Assembly: GCA_002269645.1 (NCBI GenBank)
Contig: NIVC01002165.1
Span: 156,235-220,234 of the forward strand
Source: Macrostomum lignano
Taxonomy: Eukaryota
DNA length: 64,000 nucleotides
Direction: 5' to 3'
Shown here piece by piece: positions 36,001 to 51,000 of this stretch (positions are counted from its first letter, which is position 1; every line of letters starts with the position of its first letter). Position numbers and translations under genes: made by a program. The notes under the pieces were generated by a model. That model was not told where the DNA came from. It did not search any database and saw only the letters and a program-made list of their open reading frames with translations.

Positions 36001-39000
36001 ACTGAAGTTTTTAGTTTTAAAGAATTAAGAGCTCTGTTCTGGAACTACAGTATGTTTTGATTCACTCGATCTATAATAAAAGGATATTCTCTACATCAAT
36101 ATTCATTGGCCCGTCTGTAGTGTATTAACTAGTATTAGTTACTAGGCTTCAGCTTTTAGAGTAGTTAATTAAAGTTGAAGCCGTAATTTTAGTGTACTAG
36201 CCACAATAATCTCAAACAGCACTCTCTGTAGTCTTCTTAACCTTGCGAAATTTTTGTCGAAGAATTTAAAATGAAGTTTGTACAATATGATGCCAAATTT
36301 GATTGCAAGTCGTGCATCGATCTAACGGGAGCTCTGTATTGGAGATTTGCTCTGCCTACCAAAATGAGAAGGGACCAATCTGATCAATAAGCCAGTCTGT
36401 TGCAGCAACTCGTAATTCTATTTGCTATACTGGTGCGATGAAGCCCTCCAGCAAACACCATTGGAGACAATCTAATTGCATGGGGCCATTTTACTGCGTT
36501 TGCTTGCATTCCCGATAAAGTGTTTTTGTTGTTTTTTTTCTAAAAATTGATGACATTTCTAATTCTAGATTAGATTTTCATGCAATCAGTTTGAGTAATT
36601 TAGATTAAAAGAGTCAGGTCATGGCCCAGAATGAGAGGGTACTTCTGACTGCGCGGGATATGCGTGAGCTATTGTATATTTTTTAGCACAGCGTACAAAG
36701 CGTATCAGGTTTGGTGCGGGATGCGCGTGAGCTATTTTTAGCCAAGCGTACAAAGCGTATCAGATTTGGTGCGGGATGCGCGTGAGCTATTTTTAGCCAA
36801 GCGTACAAAGCGTATCAGGTTTGGTGCGGGATGCGCGTGAGCTATTTTTAGCCAAGCGTACAAAGCGTATCAGGTGCGGGTGCGGGATGCGCGTGAGCTA
36901 TTTTTAGCCAAGCGTACAAAGCGTATCAGGTTTGGTGCGTGATGTGCCTGAGCTATTTTTAGCCAAGCGTACAAAGCGTATCAGGTTTGGTGCGGGATGC
37001 GCGTGAGCTATTTTTAGCCAAGCGTACAAAGCGTATCAGGTTTGGTGCGGGATGCGCGTGAGCTATTTTTAGCCAAGCGTACAAAGCGTATCAGGTGCGG
37101 GGTGCGGGATGCGCGTGAGCTATTTTTAGCACAGTGTACAAGGCGTATCAGGTTTGGTGCGGGATGCGCGTGAGCTATTTTTAGCACAGCGTACAAAGCG
37201 TATCAGGTTTGGTGCGGGATGCGCGTGAGCTATTTTTAGCACAGTGTACAAAGCGTATCAGGTTTTGTGCGGGATGCGCGTGAGCTATTTTTAGCACAGC
37301 GTACAAAGCTAGTCGGGGTGTAAAATGTCTTAACCCGACATATAAAACATGTAAGATGGCTGGTTTAGTATAAGCTATTTTAGCCCTTATATAAACTAGG
37401 GTGTGTTGGAAGAAACAAAATATTCGAGATTCGAATAATTAATTTATTTAATATATAGCTACTGTTATCTACCTCGGTTTCCTGCGGGTTTCACGGTAGG
37501 GCGGCCATGAATGCATTAGCCATTTTTAATTTAAATTTATTAATTCAGTCAAAGCAGGCGATTAAATTTTTCCCAAATTGAATTAGAAAATCTCCCATTG
37601 AAAGAGAAGGCATCGAGATTTTCAGCGTTGATAATTTTATGTTTTCTCTGAACCGCAAGGAGTTTCTTTGCTAGCTCAATTGGCTAATAACAATGAGATA
37701 ACGCAATAAAGATAATCGAATTCTTTTGACTCGCGCCAACTCGAACTTGATTGCTTTTCCGCTTCAATAGGTTTGCCAGCTCTTTTTGTTCTCTGCCCTT
37801 CTTTGCTGTTTTGGGCTACAATTTTATTTTATCTGTCTTAATTCCCAACAGTTAGCGGCGGAGGCGCCGGCGCGCCTTCCGATGACGTCATAGTTGGCGC
37901 CAGTCTGAGCGCCGGCAGCGCCAGCCGCTCCAGCCGGTCCGCCTCGGCCGAGAGTTCAGCAGCCGCGGCAGCAACAGCCGCCCCGGCTACTGCCGGTAGC
38001 CATGGCAACGGGAATAATAGCAGCAATAATAATAATAATAATGATAACGGCGCCGATTCCAGCGGCGATTCCGAGGGCGGCGGTGAGTTAAAGTTGAAAT
38101 TGTTCAGTCTCGAATTAATTTACAATATAATTTACAGAGTCGAACCCGGGAAGCTTTAACTGGAAGGCCTTGCATTTTGAAACCTCGCATTTATCATTCC
38201 TTTTTTAACCTCCAAAAACGCAGACGACTCCGATGGCGGAGTGGCCGACAGCCCGAGCTTCGGTGAGCGGCCCGAGCAGCAGCAGCAGCAGCAGCAGCCG
38301 GACGTGCTGGAAGGCACAGCAACGTCGCGTCAGGAGCGCGAGCTGTTTCGAAAATTCTACGCCGAAAATACGGCCCCGGAGGAGGCTGAGGACGGCGATG
38401 GCGACGGCGAAAATGGTGAAGATGGCGAGGGCGACGGCGAGGGCGATGTGCGAGAGGTGAAATGGCAGCGGGGATGGCCGCGGCATCACCCGATGTTGCA
38501 GAAGATGCCACCGGCTCCAGCTGACCGCAGAGCAGCCCCCCTGCTGCCGCAATAATTGAGGAATCGCAGCAGCAGCAACAGCTTCAACAGAAGCAAAAGA
38601 AGAAAGAAAAGCAGAAAAGCTCGAAGTCATCGACTCTGGTGTCGGACAGAGCACCCAAGGCGACTCCGCTGCGCCTCACCGCCTCCTCGGCGCTCTCATC
38701 GGCCTGGTCACTGAGATTGTCCGCGGCCTCGCCGACACCCAGCTGGAGCAGGTGCTCAGCCACGGGCTCAGCCTTGAGTCCATCCTCGCCCTGGCCCTGC
38801 ATCCAAGCGCCGAGGTTCGAGTCCGGGTTGCTCAGCTGTTCGCCGTCTACGCCACCCGGGCCGCCCAGGCTCGGTCATTGAGCAGCCGTTTGGCTGATCT
38901 CAAAGCCTTCGTGCTGACCGGCAACCAGCTGCGGCCAGTTCCCCGCCAGCCAGCAGCTCTGGTCGGTGGCGGCCGGCCTCGTGCTCGGCAGCTCCGCTCC

Positions 39001-42000
39001 GGTGCCAGTCGATCAGCCCTGCGAAGCTCTGGCCGCCTTCTGGAAGCGACCGGCGACCAGCCTTCAGCGTCGCTCGGTGCGCTGCTGCTGTCCCTCCTGG
39101 AGCAGTCGGCCCACAGCGGCCGCATGTTCTACTACGGCGTGGCCTCATCCGCCAGCTGCTGCACAACAGCGGCCTCGGAATGGACCGGCCTCATGATCGA
39201 GTCCGGCCTGGTCGAAGCCATCGTCAACGGCTTGTGCGCCTTCTACTCCGGCGCCGCTGTCCCCGCCGCCGCCTCGACCAGCTCGGCCGACGAATCCGCC
39301 GACGCCGACGATGCCGACGATGTCGAATCGGCGAATTTCTCGTTGCGCGTCCTGGCGAAGTGGAACTGGCCATGGCCAGCGTGGCCGCCCACCTGTTCTA
39401 CAGCCCCGACCCCATGCACTCTCGCCTATTCGACGATCTGCTTCGCCTAATTCGCCTCTCTCGACGCCCGCATGATTGGCAGGCACGGCTGCGCCAGCGA
39501 GGCCGCGAAGCTCCCAGGCACGTCCTGCTGCACATGCTGCTGGCTGTGCTGCACCGCCTGTTTGCCAGCAGCGGCCGGCCGCCGCCGAGCTGATGCCGTT
39601 CGAGCAGCAGCTGGCGGGCAAGAGGTCCAGCCTGCAGCTGGCCGAGTCCCTCAACCGCTGCAGTTTGTGGAATCGCAGAAAGCTGCGCGATCTGGCGCCA
39701 TTGCTGAAGCCGTGACGGCTTCGTCTGAGCTCACCTTGTCGATGACCGCGTCGACATCCTCGGTGACTCAGCAGCAGCAGCAGCAGTTCACCGCCAGCGG
39801 AGTCACCAATCCTGTCGATATGCAGTCCTCGACATCCGCAGCCTCCGCTTCGTTGCTGAGCTTCGGCGGCGGCAGCGGCGGTGTCGGCGGCGGCGGCAGC
39901 GTCTCCGAGACAGGCCGCACTGCTGAGCTGAGCGCCCGGCTGCGGCGCCTGCTGCCGCAGTGATTGACACGCTGATCCTCCTGCCGCCGCTGGAGGGCCG
40001 CCTGACGCACTCGGTCCGCCTGGCCGCGGTGTTCGAGCGCTCCGTGTTCGAACTGCTGCTCCGCGGCCTGTCCGAGTGCCTGGCCAAGCGGCGGCCGGTC
40101 CAGTGGCACCAGCTCATGCTGCAGTCCCGGGATGTGCTCAAGGTGCAGCTCTACCGCCTGCTAGTGCACCTGGTGTCGCCGGCCTCCGCTCCGGAGCAGC
40201 GCCTGTTCGCTGTGCACACCCTGGCCGCCGAGAATCGAGCTCGTGACCTACTCCGCCTATGCTGCTTGGCAGCGGTCAGGCGGTCGCCTCCGCCGACTGG
40301 GGACCAGCGGCCGGGCTGTCAAATCTCTACGGCCTGCTGTCGACATGCTGGGCCTGCCGATCTGCAGTACAGCAGCGTGCGGGACGACCTGGTCAACCTG
40401 CTGAATGTCCTGCGCGAGGCCGGCGCCGAGTCCGCGGACCCCGCCGCCGGCCGATGCCAGGCGGGGCTGGCAGCTGGGGCAGGCTGAGGCGGCGCAGGCT
40501 TTCGCCTCGGCCAGGCAGTCCGCCTGGAGGCCTGGATGGCCCGGCTGCGCGCCGAGGCCGGCAAGCTGAGCCACCTGGCCATGGACGTCAACCAGGCTGG
40601 TGGTGGCGGCTCAGAATGCGCAGCGGAAACGTCTGCTAGACGACATGAAGGTGAGGAATGGGACTGCTGTTGCCAAGGCGTTTTGTCTCTCTCGATAACG
40701 AAACTGTTTAATAATTTGGGATGATTGGGTAGTTGATGATTGATTTGGTAGGTGATGATTGATTGGTAGGCTGATGATTGATTTGGTAGGTTGATGATTG
40801 ACTGGGTTAGGTTGATGAGTTGATTGGGTTGGCTGATTGATTTGCGTAGGTTGATGATTGATTGGGTAGGCTGATGATTGATTGCGTAGGTTGATGATTG
40901 ATTGAGTTTGTTGATGATTGATTAGGTAGGCTGATGATTGATTTGGTAGGTTGATGATTGATTGGTTGGTGATGATTGATTTGGTAGGTGATGATTGATT
41001 AGGTTGAGTTGATGATTGATTGGGTTGGTTGATGATTGATTGGGTTAGGTTGATGATTGATTGTTGGTAGGTTTGATGATTGATTGGTAGGCTGATGATT
41101 GATTGGGTAGGTTGATGATTGATTGGGTAGGCTGATGATTGATTGGGTATGGTTGATGATTGATTGGGTAGGTTGATGATTGATTGGGTAGATTGATGAT
41201 TGACTGGGTAGGTTGATAATTGATTGGGTAGGTTGATGATTGATTGGGTAGGCTGATGATTGATTGGGTAGGTTGATAATTGATTGGGTAGGTTGATAAT
41301 TGATTGGGTAGGCTGATGATTGATTGGGTAGGCTGATGATTGATTAGGTAGGCTGATGATTGATTAGGTTGGTTGATGATTGATTGGGTTGGTTGATGAT
41401 TGATTGGGTAGGTTGATGATTGATTGGGTAGGTTGATGATTGATTGCGTAGGTTGATGATTGATTGGGTAGGTTGATGCTTGATTGGGTAGGTAGATGAT
41501 TGATTGCGTAGGTTGATGATTGATTGGGTAGGTTGATGATTGATTGCGTAGGTTGATGATTGATTGGGTAGGTTGATGATTGATTGGGTAGGTTGATGAT
41601 TGATTGGGTTGGTTGATAATTGATGGGGTAGGTTGATGATTGATTGGGTAGGTTGATAATTGATTGGGTAGGCTGATGATTGATTGGGTAGGTTGATGAT
41701 TGATTGGGTAGGCTGATGATTGATTGGGTAGGTTGATGATTGATTGCGTAGGTTGATGATTGATTGGGTAGGTTGATGATTGATTGGGTAGGTTGATGAT
41801 TGATTGGGTTGGTTGATAATTGATGGGGTAGGTTGATGATTGATTGGGTAGGTTGATAATTGATTGCGTAGGTTGATGATTGATTGGGTAGGTAGATGAT
41901 TGATTGCGTAGGTTGATGCTTGATTGGGTAGGTAGATGATTGATTGCGTAGGTTGATGATTGATTGGGTTGGTTGATGATTGATTGCGAAGGTTGATGAT

Positions 42001-45000
42001 TGATTGGGTAGGTTGATGATTGATTGGGTTGGTTGATGATTGATTGGGTTGGTTGATGATTGATTGGGTAGATTGATGATTGACTGGGTAGGTAGATGAT
42101 TGATTGGGTAGGTTGATGATTGATTGGGTTGGTTGATGATTGATTGGGTAGATTGATGATTGACTGGGTAGGTAGATGATTGATTGGGTAGGATGGTGAT
42201 GGATTGGGTAGATAGGAGACAGTAGAAGCAGTTCAGGCAGTTCTTGCCTGTCTAGCAGCATTTCTGCAACTCTTGCTGCTTCGCTGGAGCTTTGCGAAAT
42301 TAATCGTATGTTTTCTGCTAAGCCCCGTGATTAGGGCAGCCTCTCATCTAATCAGCGTCTGCTTCCTGTCAACATGGAAATGTTAGGTGGGTTTAGGATT
42401 AAAAGCCGGTGCCTTTGATTCCACTGCGATGCTGTGTGTTTGCTCAGCGGCTCTGATTAAACTGTATATTTGTAGCCATGACTGACAGACAAGGTGGGAC
42501 CACTGATAGCAGATCGACTCGTGACTTTGAGGTTACGATTCTCTGCCGTTGGAGTGGGGAGATGGTAAAAGGGGAGACGGGAGAGAAGACAGCAGAGGGA
42601 AGACAGCAGAGGGGAGACAGTAGAGGGGAGACAGTAGAGGGGAGACAGTAGAGGGGAGACAGTAGAGGGGAGACAGCAGAGGGGAGACAGTAGAGGGGAG
42701 ACAGTAGAGGGGAGACAGTAGAGGGGAGACAGTAGAGGGGAGACAGCAGAGGGGAGACAGTAGAGGGGAGACAGTAGAGGGGAGACAGCAGAGGGGAGAC
42801 AGCAGAGGGGAGACAGTATAGGGGAGACAGTAGAGGGGAGACAGCAGAGGGGAGACAGTAGAGGGGAGACAGTATAGGGGAGACAGCAGAGGGGAGACAG
42901 TATAGGGGAGACAGTAGAGGGGAGACAGTAGAGGGGAGACAGTAGAGGGGAGACAGTAGAGGGGAGACAGTAGAGGGGAGACAGCAGAGGGGAGACAGTA
43001 GAGGGGAGACAGTATAGGGGAGACAGTAGAGGGGAGACAGTATAGGGGAGACAGTAGAGGGGAGACAGCAGAGGGGAGACAGCAGAGGGGAGACAGTATA
43101 GGGGAGACAGTAGAGGGGAGACAGTAGAGGGGAGACAGCAGAGGGGAGACAGTAGAGGGGAGACAGTAGAGGGGAGACAGCAGAGGGGAGACAGTAGAGG
43201 GGAGACAGTATAGGGGAGACAGTAGAGGGGAGACAGTATAGGGGAGACAGTAGAGGGGAGACAGCAGAGGGGAGACAGCAGAGGGGAGACAGTATAGGGG
43301 AGACAGTAGAGGGGAGACAGTAGAGGGGAGACAGCAGAGGGGAGACAGTAGAGGGGAGACAGTAGAGGGGAGACAGCAGAGGGGAGACAGTAGAGGGGAG
43401 ACAGTATAGGGGAGACAGTAGAGGGGAGACAGTAGAGGGGAGACAGCAGAGGGGAGACAGCAGAGGGGAGACAGTATAGGGGAGACAGTAGAGGGGAGAC
43501 AGTAGAGGGGAGACAGTAGAGGGGAGACAGCAGAGGGGAGACAGTAGAGGGGAGACAGTATAGGGGAGACAGCAGAGGGGAGACAGTATAGGGGAGACAG
43601 TAGAGGGGAGACAGTAGAGGGGAGACAGCAGAGGGGAGACAGTATAGGGGAGACAGTAGAGGGGAGACAGTATAGGGGAGACAGTAGAGGGGAGACAGCA
43701 GAGGGGAGACAGTATAGGGGAGACAGTAGAGGGGAGACAGTAGAGGGGAGACAGCAGAGGGGAGACAGTAGAGGGGAGACAGTAGAGGGGAGACAGCAGA
43801 GGGGAGACAGTAGAGGGGAGACAGTATAGGGGAGACAGTAGAGGGGAGACAGTATAGGGGAGACAGTAGAGGGGAGACAGCAGAGGGGAGACAGCAGAGG
43901 GGAGACAGTATAGGGGAGACAGTAGAGGGGAGACAGTAGAGGGGAGACAGCAGAGGGGAGACAGTATAGGGGAGACAGTAGAGGGGAGACAGTATAGGGG
44001 AGACAGTAGAGGGGAGACAGTAGAGGGGAGACAGCAGAGGGGAGACAGTAGAGGGGAGACAGCAGAGGGGAGACAGCAGAGGGGAGACAGTATAGGGGAG
44101 ACAGTAGAGGGGAGGCAGTAGAGGGGAGACAGCAGAGGGGAGACAGCAGATCTGACAGCTTAGCTAGGAGACGGAGACTAGACTACGTTGAGATGCTTTG
44201 CAAGCCTGTCAGCAACGAATGTCAAGTGCATTACAGCACTTTAGCAGCGGCAGGATGCGCTCCGGCTCGCCATTAATTCCCAAATGATTCTAATCAGGAA
44301 GTTGGGCTCTTGCAAATAGATTTTTGTCTTGCTGATTAGCCCTGGTAGTCCTTGTCGCAGTCTTTCGCAGCCGGACTAACTAAGTGAAATAAAGCTAAAG
44401 AAGGCCATTATCTCCGAATGAATAATCCGATGCCCGAAGTGTTTTAGCTTGGCTTGAGTAGCTTCGCCTGATCCTGTCTAATTCCCCCGGCTGCTGCATT
44501 ATGAAAGGCTCTGTCAGCCTTGCTCACCCGACCCGTCCTTGGGTTGCTTGAGTCCGGCTGTTCTTTATTGAGCTTCGAAAGCTTTTTGAGTTCCAAAAGG
44601 AAACTTTCTTTACCGTTTTCCGAGCGCTTAGAGGAAGGATGCTCAGGTCTTAAAATCTTGACGTGCGCTTTCTTTAGATTTAATCTTATTTAATCTTTAG
44701 TCGTACACTGCAGCCGTGAGATTGACAGTGCAGTGAAAAACTGGGTCGTTTCACCATTCATCAAACAAACTAAAAGAAACATTGAGGCATTTTTGACACG
44801 CCTAAGACTCTTAGATGACTCTCTACTTAACTCTCAGTAGCGTCGTGTATTAGGGTTTTTCTTAGAGGCAGAGGGGCTGTGTGCACCCTAAAGAACTTTA
44901 AGCGACATTGTCACACCGCCGACTCTCGTGAGCAGGTGTACACAAGCGCGCGGATGCACAAGAGTGTGCATTGTACTTTGGGGTTTGGGCCTCAAGGCCG

Positions 45001-48000
45001 TTCATTGCACAAGCAGAGCCCCCCAAGCCGAGATTCCAATTTAGTCCAAAATTAATGCGACTGGTAGCGCCGCACCCAACCACTAATATTTGTAGGGGTT
45101 TTTAGGGGCTGACTGCTGAGCATTTGTACTTTTTAATTGTTTTAGTTGCGATTTTCTCTGCTATATGGCTGTTATTCACTGAGTAGCACTGAAGTTACTG
45201 AAGTTAGAGGCTTTATTTATATTTTTACTCAGATTCAAATGACACATGTAAGACATTTTTAGCTCTCGTGTTGACTAAGTTCTAGTCAGGCAGCAGGTGT
45301 TAGTTAAAAGAAGTCAATATCGGCACCCCCAACCAGATTGATTGATTTATGCTGCTCAGTAAAAGGGTGCAGCTTTGCAGTTTTACTTTAGCTTGAATTT
45401 ATGCCAACTTTCTCTGCATTATTTTTTTATTATAAAAAGCGAGTCGTCCAAATTTCAAGTACTTGTCGTCATTGTTGTGCAGGTTACATAATTTTCTTTA
45501 TAGCGCAGTTGTGCTAGATCGAGTACGTGATCGGAAGCTTTTAAATATTGGAGTTGGACATTGGAGTTGAGCTGTCTAATCGGGGTGCGAGTCAATTGGA
45601 GTTGAGCTGTCTGATTGGGGTGCGAGTCCATTGGAGTTGAGCTGTCTAATCGGGGTGCGAGTACATTGGAGTTGAGCTGTCTAATCGGGGTGCGAGTACA
45701 CTGGAGTTGAGCTGTCTAGTTGGGGTGCGAGTACACTGGAGTTGAGCTGTCTAGTTGGGGTGCGAGTACATTGGAGTTGAGTTGTCTGATTGGGGTGCGA
45801 GTACATTGGAGTTGAGCTGTCTGATTGGGGTGCGAGTACATTGGAGTTGAGCTGTCTAATCGGGGTGCGAGTACATTGGAGTTGAGCTGTCTAATCGGGG
45901 TGCGAGTACATTGGAGTTGAGCTGTCTAGTTGGGGTGCGAGTACACTGGAGTTGAGCTGTCTAATCGGGGTGCGAGTACATTGGAGTTGAGCTGTCTAGT
46001 TGGGGTGCGAGTACATTGGAGTTGAGCTGTCTAATCGGGGTGCGAGTACATTGGAGTTGAGCTGTCTAATCGGGGTGCGAGTACATTGGAGTTGAGCTGT
46101 CTAATCGGGGTGCGAGTACATTGGAGTTGAGCTGTCTAGTTGGGGTGCGAGTACACTGGAGTTGAGTTGTCTAGTTGGGGTGCGAGTACATTGGAGTTGA
46201 GCTGTCTAATCGGGGTGCGAGTACATTGGAGTTGAGCTGTCTAATCGGGGTGCGAGTACATTGGAGTTGAGCTGTCTAATCGGGGTGCGAGTACATTGGA
46301 GTTGAGCTGTCTGATTGGTGGTGCGAGTACATTGGAGTTGAGCTGTCTAGTTGGGGTGCGAGTACACTGGAGTTGAGCTGTCTAGTTGGGGTGCGAGTAC
46401 ATTGGAGTTGAGCTGTCTAGTTGGGGTGCGAGTACACTGGAGTTGAGCTGTCTGATTGGTGGTGCGAGTACATTGGAGTTGAGCTGTCTAGTTGGGGTGC
46501 GAGTACACTGGAGTTGAGCTGTCTAGTTGGGGTGCGAGTACATTGGAGTTGAGCTGTCTAGTTGGGGTGCGAGTACACTGGAGTTGAGCTGTCTAGTTGG
46601 GGTGCGAGTACATTAGAGTTGATGTTAGTTTGGCTGAAGTCAGAGCTCCGCCCGCCGCCATCTCTGCAGGTCCGCTTGGCCTCCAACGTGGACGTGAAGC
46701 GTCGCTGGCTGAACTTGGCCACGCAGCTGACTCACGAGCAGGCCGTCTGGCACAGGCCGTCCTCGGACGTGCCGCCCTCTTGGCAAATCGATCCAACTGA
46801 GGGACCGTCCCGGGTTCGAGTCCGTCTGAAGCGTTGCCACACCGGCTTGGCTGCTAAATTTTTCAAGCAGTCGGCCAAATGGAAGGCGACCTGGGACCCG
46901 GCGGCCGGGCCGCTGGCCTTCCTGTTCCGCGAGGACCGCCTGACGGAGGACGCCTCGGCCACGCTGTTCCAGCTGCACCGGAACGACAAGATCCGGTTGA
47001 ACCGGAGGTGCCTGTCGGTGGCCGCCTCAGCTGAGACGCCCGGCGAATTTCTGATCGGCGAGCGGTGCATGTACTTTGTTGGCGACGACACCGTGTGGGA
47101 CGCTAGTCAGGCCCAGGTGAGTTCTCCGACTTCCGGATTCAGGTTGCTGTTCGGGATTTGGTATTGGTGTCAGGAAACGGGTATTGGTGTCAGGGAACAG
47201 GTATTGGTGTCAGGGAACAGGTATAGGTGTCAGGGAACAGGTATTGGTGTCAGGGAACAGGTATAGGTGTCAGGGAACAGGTATTGGTGTCAGGGAACAG
47301 GTATTGGTGTCAGGAAACGGGTATTGGTGTCAGGGAACAGGTATTGGTGTCAGGGAACGGGTATTGGTGTCAGGGAACAGGTATTGCTGTCAGGGAACAG
47401 GTATTGGTGTCAGGAAACAGGTATTGGTGTCAGGGAACAGGTATTGGTGTCAGGGAACAGGTATTGGTGTCAGGAAACGGGTATTGGTGTCAGGGAACAG
47501 GTATTGCTGTCAGGGAACAGGTATTGGTGTCAGGGAACAGGTATTGGTGTCAGGAAACGGGTATTGGTTTCAGGGAACAGGTATAGGTGTCAGGGAACAG
47601 GTATTGGTGTCAGGGAACAGGTATTGGTGTCAGGGAACAGGTATTGGTGTCAGGAAACAGGTATTGCTGTCAGGGAACAGGTATTGGTGTCAGGAAACAG
47701 GTATTGCTGTCAGGGAACAGGTATTGGTGTCAGGGAACAGGTATTGGTGTCAGGGAACAGGTATTGGTGTCAGGGAACAGGCACTTCTCTCAAAGATCAA
47801 ACCGTGTTGTCTTGGATCAGGTATTAAGGACTAGGGTGAGGTAGTGACATGAGGAACTAGTGGATGATAGGTGTGGGATACATGTATTAATATCTGTACT
47901 GGCAGCATCACTAACTAGATGTGCGGCTTTTGCGGCGCGGCGGGCTTGCCAGAGTAGACTGGGGGGACTTTACGGTAGCATGAGTGCAGCTGGACACTGG

Positions 48001-51000
48001 GAATGATGAAGAATAACTTATAAATTGGATAGTGCAAATTAAGTAGCGAATTTCTAATGGAAGCATTAGGTTTGTCTCCAGGGGGAAAGGCAGGCCGTGA
48101 GGACCTCCGTCCACTTTTTGGTTCGGTGAATAAAACATGTTGCCAGCCCCGCTAATATATTCGGCTTAATTATTCAGCTGTCCATAATCCAGAGCAAGCA
48201 GAGCATTGAGGACAATGCACCGAGCTGCTTGCCAGAGCGCGCTATCTTCATCCAGAATTCTATCCACTGTTGCTTCTTATTTTCTGCGATTTTTAAACCA
48301 GACTTATCTCTGCGCCTCTTCAGTCCATGTCTGCTCAGCCCTCACCTCTCCTTCGACTCCGAAATGCCAGCTGATTCTGCGTGCCTCATCTTCGCTTCTC
48401 AGCCATCCCCCTACTGCCAAGTGATCGGGTGGATTCGGATTATCAGCTCCCGCTCGCATATTAATTAGTTTGTCACCTGACGCTTGGTGTCTTGATGATG
48501 GGCGCGGGTTGGAGAAAATTTATTGATTGATATCGTCTTTTCCTCTCTTTATCTTGTAAGTGAAGTTCCGTCCTGTCTCACCGGAGCTCAAGCAGATGTG
48601 AAACACTAACAATAGGCTTGTAGTGTCGCGGTATTCAGCTGACAGTGTATTTATTAACTATAAACTATATTTAAAATAAAGCAGATTGGTTCAACATGCG
48701 TTAATCTATGAACCTACTTGGTTTATCGAAGGATTTAATTAAACAAATATTATCAGTGTCAAGTTTGACGCATTCGAGTGTGCCATCAGTTCCCCAGACA
48801 GGCCAACCCCCGTCTGCACCGCAGTCTCAATGAGTTGAGCATTCCGCACACCTGCTGTTTGAAAAACCTGTTCATACAGCCGTAGATGACCGGGTTCACT
48901 CCGTGGTTGATGAAGTAGAAATAGTACACTGTCTGCATGAACAGCCCGCCCAGGCCCACGTGGCTGCCCTCGTTGCTGCTGCTCCCTCCTTCTGACCCGC
49001 TGGAGCCGCTGCTGTACAGCCTCCGCCACCAGCTGCTGTTCTGCTGCTGGCTGTAGTTGCCTCCGGATGCCGCCGCCGAGCTCCAGTTGCCGAAGCTTGC
49101 CGCGGCAGCTTGGTACGACTGCCAGTCGCTTAAGTTGATGCCTCCAGTCGTCGCGCCGCCCGACCTCCCGGCGCCGGCCTCTTGCAGGTGGAACACCAGA
49201 AAGAAGGGCAAATAAGAGAGCAGATAAAAGAAAGTGATGATGCTCAACACCTTGGCTGTTTTTATGTGCGGCCGCTTCCTAGTCCGCTCTGACAGGTGCT
49301 TCTGCGCCTGCGCCAGGCGGTTGCTCACCACCGAGTCTTCGCGACGCTGGCTGCCGACCAGCATTCGGCGCTGCTCGGGCGCCTCTTCGTCAGCTTCTTC
49401 TTCACGTCTCGGCTCGGCCTCCTGGCTGTTACCGTCATCATCGGCCACACTGATTTCCTTGTTGGCAAACTTCACCGCACAGCTTGAGGCGGCGGCTTCT
49501 TGCCCGCCCAGTGCCTGGTCGATGTCCGTCTCTAGGATGCCGTTGTTCTGCCTGTCCGGCTGGCAGTCTTTGATTCTGTTGATGCCGTCGGCATTGGTAT
49601 TGTTGGCTATTGAGCTGCGGCCAGCCTTGCCCTTGCCCTTGTCCTTGGCGTTGGAGACGCGGCTGACGTAGCTTCGCGATTTGTCCCAGCGACGCTGCCG
49701 CTTGCGCACGAAGTAGAAAATATTGGCGTAAAAAAACATAATAGCCAGCAGCATGCACAGGAACAGCAGTGTTAAGCAGGCCTTGTACACCCTGACGGTG
49801 ATCATTGGCAGGATGCTGTAGTCGGCGATGCAGTGAGCCATGGTGACCGGCCGGCTGAGGACTCGGCCGGGCAGTTTCACAATCACTGTCCGCCTGGTGC
49901 CAGTCGTCAATCCAAGCGGGGTGCCCACGGCGAAGCCCAGCAGCAGGGTGAGGCCGATGAGTCGCACGGCCTGTCGCCGGCCGGTCTGAATGCCGGGCAC
50001 GAAGCAGATGATGGCGAAGCGGTCCACCGCGATCAGGCAGAGCAGGAAGGCGGATGACGTCACCAGAGAGCAGCGGAGAATGTGAAAGATTTTGCACATG
50101 AAGTCGGTGGTGGCGGCCCGCCAGACGTCCTGATAGATGGTTGACGGAATGACAACAGAACAGACGGTCAGGTCCAGCGTGGCCAGCGCGATCACGTACA
50201 CATTCTGGGGCAGCTCGCGAAGTCCCCTATGAAAGAAGAAGACAACAAGGATGTTGCCAAACAGGCCGATCAGGGCCAGAGCGCCCAGTGACAGCGTGAT
50301 GGCTACCGACATGGCCAGGGGCAGCTCGCCGCCCTGCTGAGTGGCCTGCATCATCTGGCTTAGTTGGGAGTCCCGGATACTGCTGTTGCTGCTCATAGTG
50401 AACTTCATTTCTGCTGTGTTGCTTCTGCTGCTGTTTGTTGGCTTTTCTTCTGTGGAAGGTTTTGGCAAAAGAGAAATCTGTATGTAGAGATTGTAGATAT
50501 GTATATGGAGTAGAGATTCTGCCCATTCCTCTGACTCGAGCACATGCAAGCGCGCCAACACAGTACACAGGCACGCAATCGTACACACGCTCACACAGGG
50601 TGTACAGCGGTCCTGACTGTCTAATCGTCAGGCATGTGCCTTGAAGGCTAACCCTCATGGCTGTGAATCACACGACAACCCCCCCCCCCACCTGTCAATT
50701 TTTGAGCTCACGAGCCCCAAAACGGAATCAAACTTGGGGTCACGCGCGAGTCAGACTTGTTTAACGTTGAGCTGCTCTGGCCCCATGGGGTGATAGAGAA
50801 ATGCATGGTTGTTTAAACTGAGTGCAGCATGGACTTTAAGTCTTCAATCGGTAAAGCTGACATTGCTATTCTACACAAGTGCATTCTATCAAAGCATTTC
50901 TGCGCTCCTCTCCTATCCACAAAGCGTCAGTCGGCGGCCCCTCTAACACCGAGGGAGCAATTTCACTCTGCCAGTTCATATGTTGAGAGGACTTTGAGGA

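Noticed and set aside
50409-50594. 62-aa N-terminal extension of the GPCR in the ORF track
   Set aside because: Non-ATG start inside a dispersed repeat; a plausible acceptor at 50477 and first ATG at 50408 explain the gene better
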